Part shown: in pieces, positions 61,583-64,000 of the stretch
How positions within the stretch are numbered: the stretch's first letter is position 1
How the letters are laid out: the number at the start of each line of letters is the position of its first letter
NCBI GenBank assembly: GCA_918797485.1
Contig: CAKKNE010000003.1
Coordinates: forward strand, 3,286,001 to 3,350,000
Direction of reading: 5' to 3'
DNA length: 64,000 nucleotides
DNA from: Pelagomonas calceolata
Taxonomy: Eukaryota
Translations under genes and position numbers: made by a program
The notes under the pieces: model-generated
Told to the model about the DNA's origin: nothing
Database searches by the model: none
The model's input: the letters and a program-made list of their open reading frames with translations, nothing else

Positions 61583-62252
61583 GTTGACAGGGATCCTAAG
61601 AAATGCAACATAGCCGCATGGTGACGCTACGTGCGTGTCGGGTGTCGCTCTGATGCTTCGCTCCAGCGCGGGGGTCCAGCTTACTTTCTAACTTTAGGTA
61701 CCGCAGTATGATAATACATTGATATTAAGCACTCAGGGTACTTTGAACCAACTCGGATGAGTGCGAGTTTCTTGCACCGCTGCCCATCACGCGGTCCATT
61801 ACGACGGGGTTGCGCCGGCTTGGGGTTGCCCGAGACGCAGCAGCCTATAGTAGTACGAGTGAGTACGCTGTATTTCACTATTAACGGCCGTGTCACGGTG
61901 ATTTGCCAGTCAACTCTCTCTCTCGTTTCACCCGCGGAGTGCTTGCCAGCCCAGGGGCGGTTCGTTGCCAAAAAATGATCTAAGCGACGGGATTTTGTGC
62001 GGGGGGTGTCCGGGCGCCTTGTGCATTCAGCCACGGGGCCGCAACAAGCGTGAAGACAACCCAAACTTCCTGACCGCCCACCACTAGTGCGGCGGTGGAG
62101 CCCAAGCTGTGGGGTATGATTCGCACCAACCCGTGTCGGCCGGACATACAATGGCGCTGAGCGCAGGACTACTCCCATTGCAGCATGAAGCGTGTGCAAA
62201 ATACCGGCCATTCGATCAGACGCCGCTCAGATCCAGAAAATTTCCTGCAGCT

Positions 62253-64000
62253 TCACAAATTAGCAGACAGGATACGAACAAGGTCGTTTGCATCCGCCCG
62301 TGCAGACGGACAAGGCTGCAGCGCAAGGCTGATGGCAGAATACATGGGCCCGATGAATCTCCTGGGTATTTTCTCAAGTATGGAGGGGAGGGGTTCGGAA
62401 TGCACAGATGGCAGAGCACCGGTAAGCCACTGATAAAGGCAACAGCCAAAGGCCCAGACATCCGCTTTTGGGGAGACTGCGCGATATGATTGTAAAATCT
62501 CCGGTGCAATGAGATCTCTGGAAATCGTTCCGTAGTCTGATCGACCATGTGAATAGCCGCAGTGTCTTTCACGTGCGTCCAACATGAAGAGGAAGTCATC
62601 TAGAACCACGCGACCTCCATCGTCAAGGCATATCGCACCAGGATGAATGTTCTGGTGAATGAGACAATTTTGATGCAAGTTAGCTAATGCACAGACAGCT
62701 TGGCGGCCCCATGCTTGGAGCATTTTGGGATTAGACCATTGATTAATTGCATCGGTTACTGAAATCCTAGCACGAGAGGTCACAATAGCGACGAGTATGC
62801 AAATCTGACTACAGGTGCCGTGCAAATTGAAAGAACTAACCTCATGTGAGCAAAGGAACTGGATCTTAACAACACCAGGACAATGAAGGTTGTGGAGAGC
62901 CTCAGCAATTGACATTATATATTGAGCATCTGCAACATGCTGCAGCCGCAAAAAACGCAGAAGAAGGGAGCAATTTGTGGTTTTATCGTGCATGATGTGT
63001 CCTACGGGGCGGTCGCGGCCACTCTCAATGGTCTCGGTCCATTTGAGTCGTGCGAGGAATGGAATCACATTACGTCCATTGAGCTCGGCAATAAGTTCTT
63101 GGAAAGATCCCCGAGCTTTTTCTTGCTGCATCATAATAGTATGCTCGATGCTTTTCCGTATGATTCCTACTACAGCACGCATCTGGCATTCTTCCATGGT
63201 CATTTTTTGCCGTTCAGATTCAGCCAACAAAGCGTCAGGCTCGGCCGCACGAGAAGACCACTTTCCGATGTGGCTTAAGCTAGACACTGATCGATGAGAC
63301 ATCTGCAGAGAACTGTGGCCCAAGTAAGCCCATGGCCCATCAGCGCTATCTTCAGCCCATACCGGATTTGGCGTGTTCCACTTCATTGAGGTTCGACCAA
63401 CCTCCCTGTTTTGGGCATAGATAATACAGTACATGTCTAAAGGTGTGACTTTTGATATTACGCCTTCGAGCAAAGCCAGTTTGTTGGTTTTTAATTGTAC
63501 AATCGGCTGATGTGCGATGTCATCAAAGTACGACGGAGCCAAATTCTTTGCTCTCAGGATGCATAAATGCGAAGTAGTATTTCCAGCATGATCCGACTTT
63601 AATCTTATGACAAGTGCTGGGCGTCGGCCAAGCCCTGGACTCAATTTAAGTGCCAGTGGTGTTGTTGGAGGGTACGATAGGAAAGCATCTGGAATGTTCA
63701 CATGAGCAAGAAGGCGGTCCTCGCCACAGTGAGCCTGAGCTAGGAGAGCAATGCGAACTGGCGAACTTTTGTGTTTGATCTGCAGAGCGCAGCCCAAATC
63801 GCTTTTCCAGTGGTCAAGGTACGACCTATCTGATGTTACTACCGAAGATACTGCTGCATTGAGGATGGTCGAAACAACGCAACTTCGCTTCTGTAGGGCC
63901 ATACCTCCATCTAGTACCCAGTTGTGCTTGACTTCACTTCGCGGAGTCTCCTCAAGCAAATTGACTGCTTTCGCACCGGCCTGTTGACGAGTTCGAGCGT
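62253..64000 (-). CDS. C2-domain plus protein-kinase-like protein (probable pseudokinase); 5' part outside the window
   Basis: C2-like ILRAKNL...EVGRTS....TPNPVW. Kinase-like ALANLH...IHQNIHPGAI, LDDF, IAPEIL, KADVWAFGC and RADA..L. Confidence 0.7.
   Translation of the reverse strand, partial: ARTRQQAGAKAVNLLEETPRSEVKHNWVLDGGMALQKRSCVVSTILNAAVSSVVTSDRSYLDHWKSDLGCALQIKHKSSPVRIALLAQAHCGEDRLLAHVNIPDAFLSYPPTTPLALKLSPGLGRRPALVIRLKSDHAGNTTSHLCILRAKNLAPSYFDDIAHQPIVQLKTNKLALLEGVISKVTPLDMYCIIYAQNREVGRTSMKWNTPNPVWAEDSADGPWAYLGHSSLQMSHRSVSSLSHIGKWSSRAAEPDALLAESERQKMTMEECQMRAVVGIIRKSIEHTIMMQQEKARGSFQELIAELNGRNVIPFLARLKWTETIESGRDRPVGHIMHDKTTNCSLLLRFLRLQHVADAQYIMSIAEALHNLHCPGVVKIQFLCSHEVSSFNLHGTCSQICILVAIVTSRARISVTDAINQWSNPKMLQAWGRQAVCALANLHQNCLIHQNIHPGAICLDDGGRVVLDDFLFMLDARERHCGYSHGRSDYGTISRDLIAPEILQSYRAVSPKADVWAFGCCLYQWLTGALPSVHSEPLPSILEKIPRRFIGPMYSAISLALQPCPSARADANDLVRILSANL

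Overview
Eukaryotic nuclear DNA from a flagellated protist. Gene content, very short introns, frequent GC donors and introner-like elements suggest a stramenopile alga, probably a pelagophyte (inference). About 18 protein genes are present: PA2G4/EBP1, a TTL-family enzyme, kinesin-II, separase, RSP3, DBP2, a CFAP57-like coiled coil, an RCC1-repeat protein, RPN11, a HECT E3, MOCS3/UBA4, importin-beta, proteasome alpha-1, NELF-C/D-like, an LRR protein, an Sfi1-like protein, a glycosyltransferase and a C2-pseudokinase. They are separated by spacers made of MITE-like DNA transposons and Copia remnants. Main discovery: the spacers are saturated with 8-mers obeying one rule, XY-C-revcomp(XY)-G-XY, seen for all 16 dinucleotides (AACTTGAA, CACTGGCA, GACTCGGA, TACTAGTA, ATCATGAT, GTCACGGT, AGCCTGAG, GGCCCGGG and others). 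Paralogous repeat copies show these are exact +6-bp insertions at an XY site, sometimes tandem or nested. This is what hairpin-mediated excision of a 2-bp-TSD, C...G-ended transposon would leave, as a stereotyped, frame-preserving scar. Secondary signals: introns that look introner-derived (donor copied from the downstream exon), intergenic 8-bp-TSD CTAG...CTAG elements, and GGTACC(TAC/GTA) arrays at gene 5' ends. All counts and alignments were made by eye.
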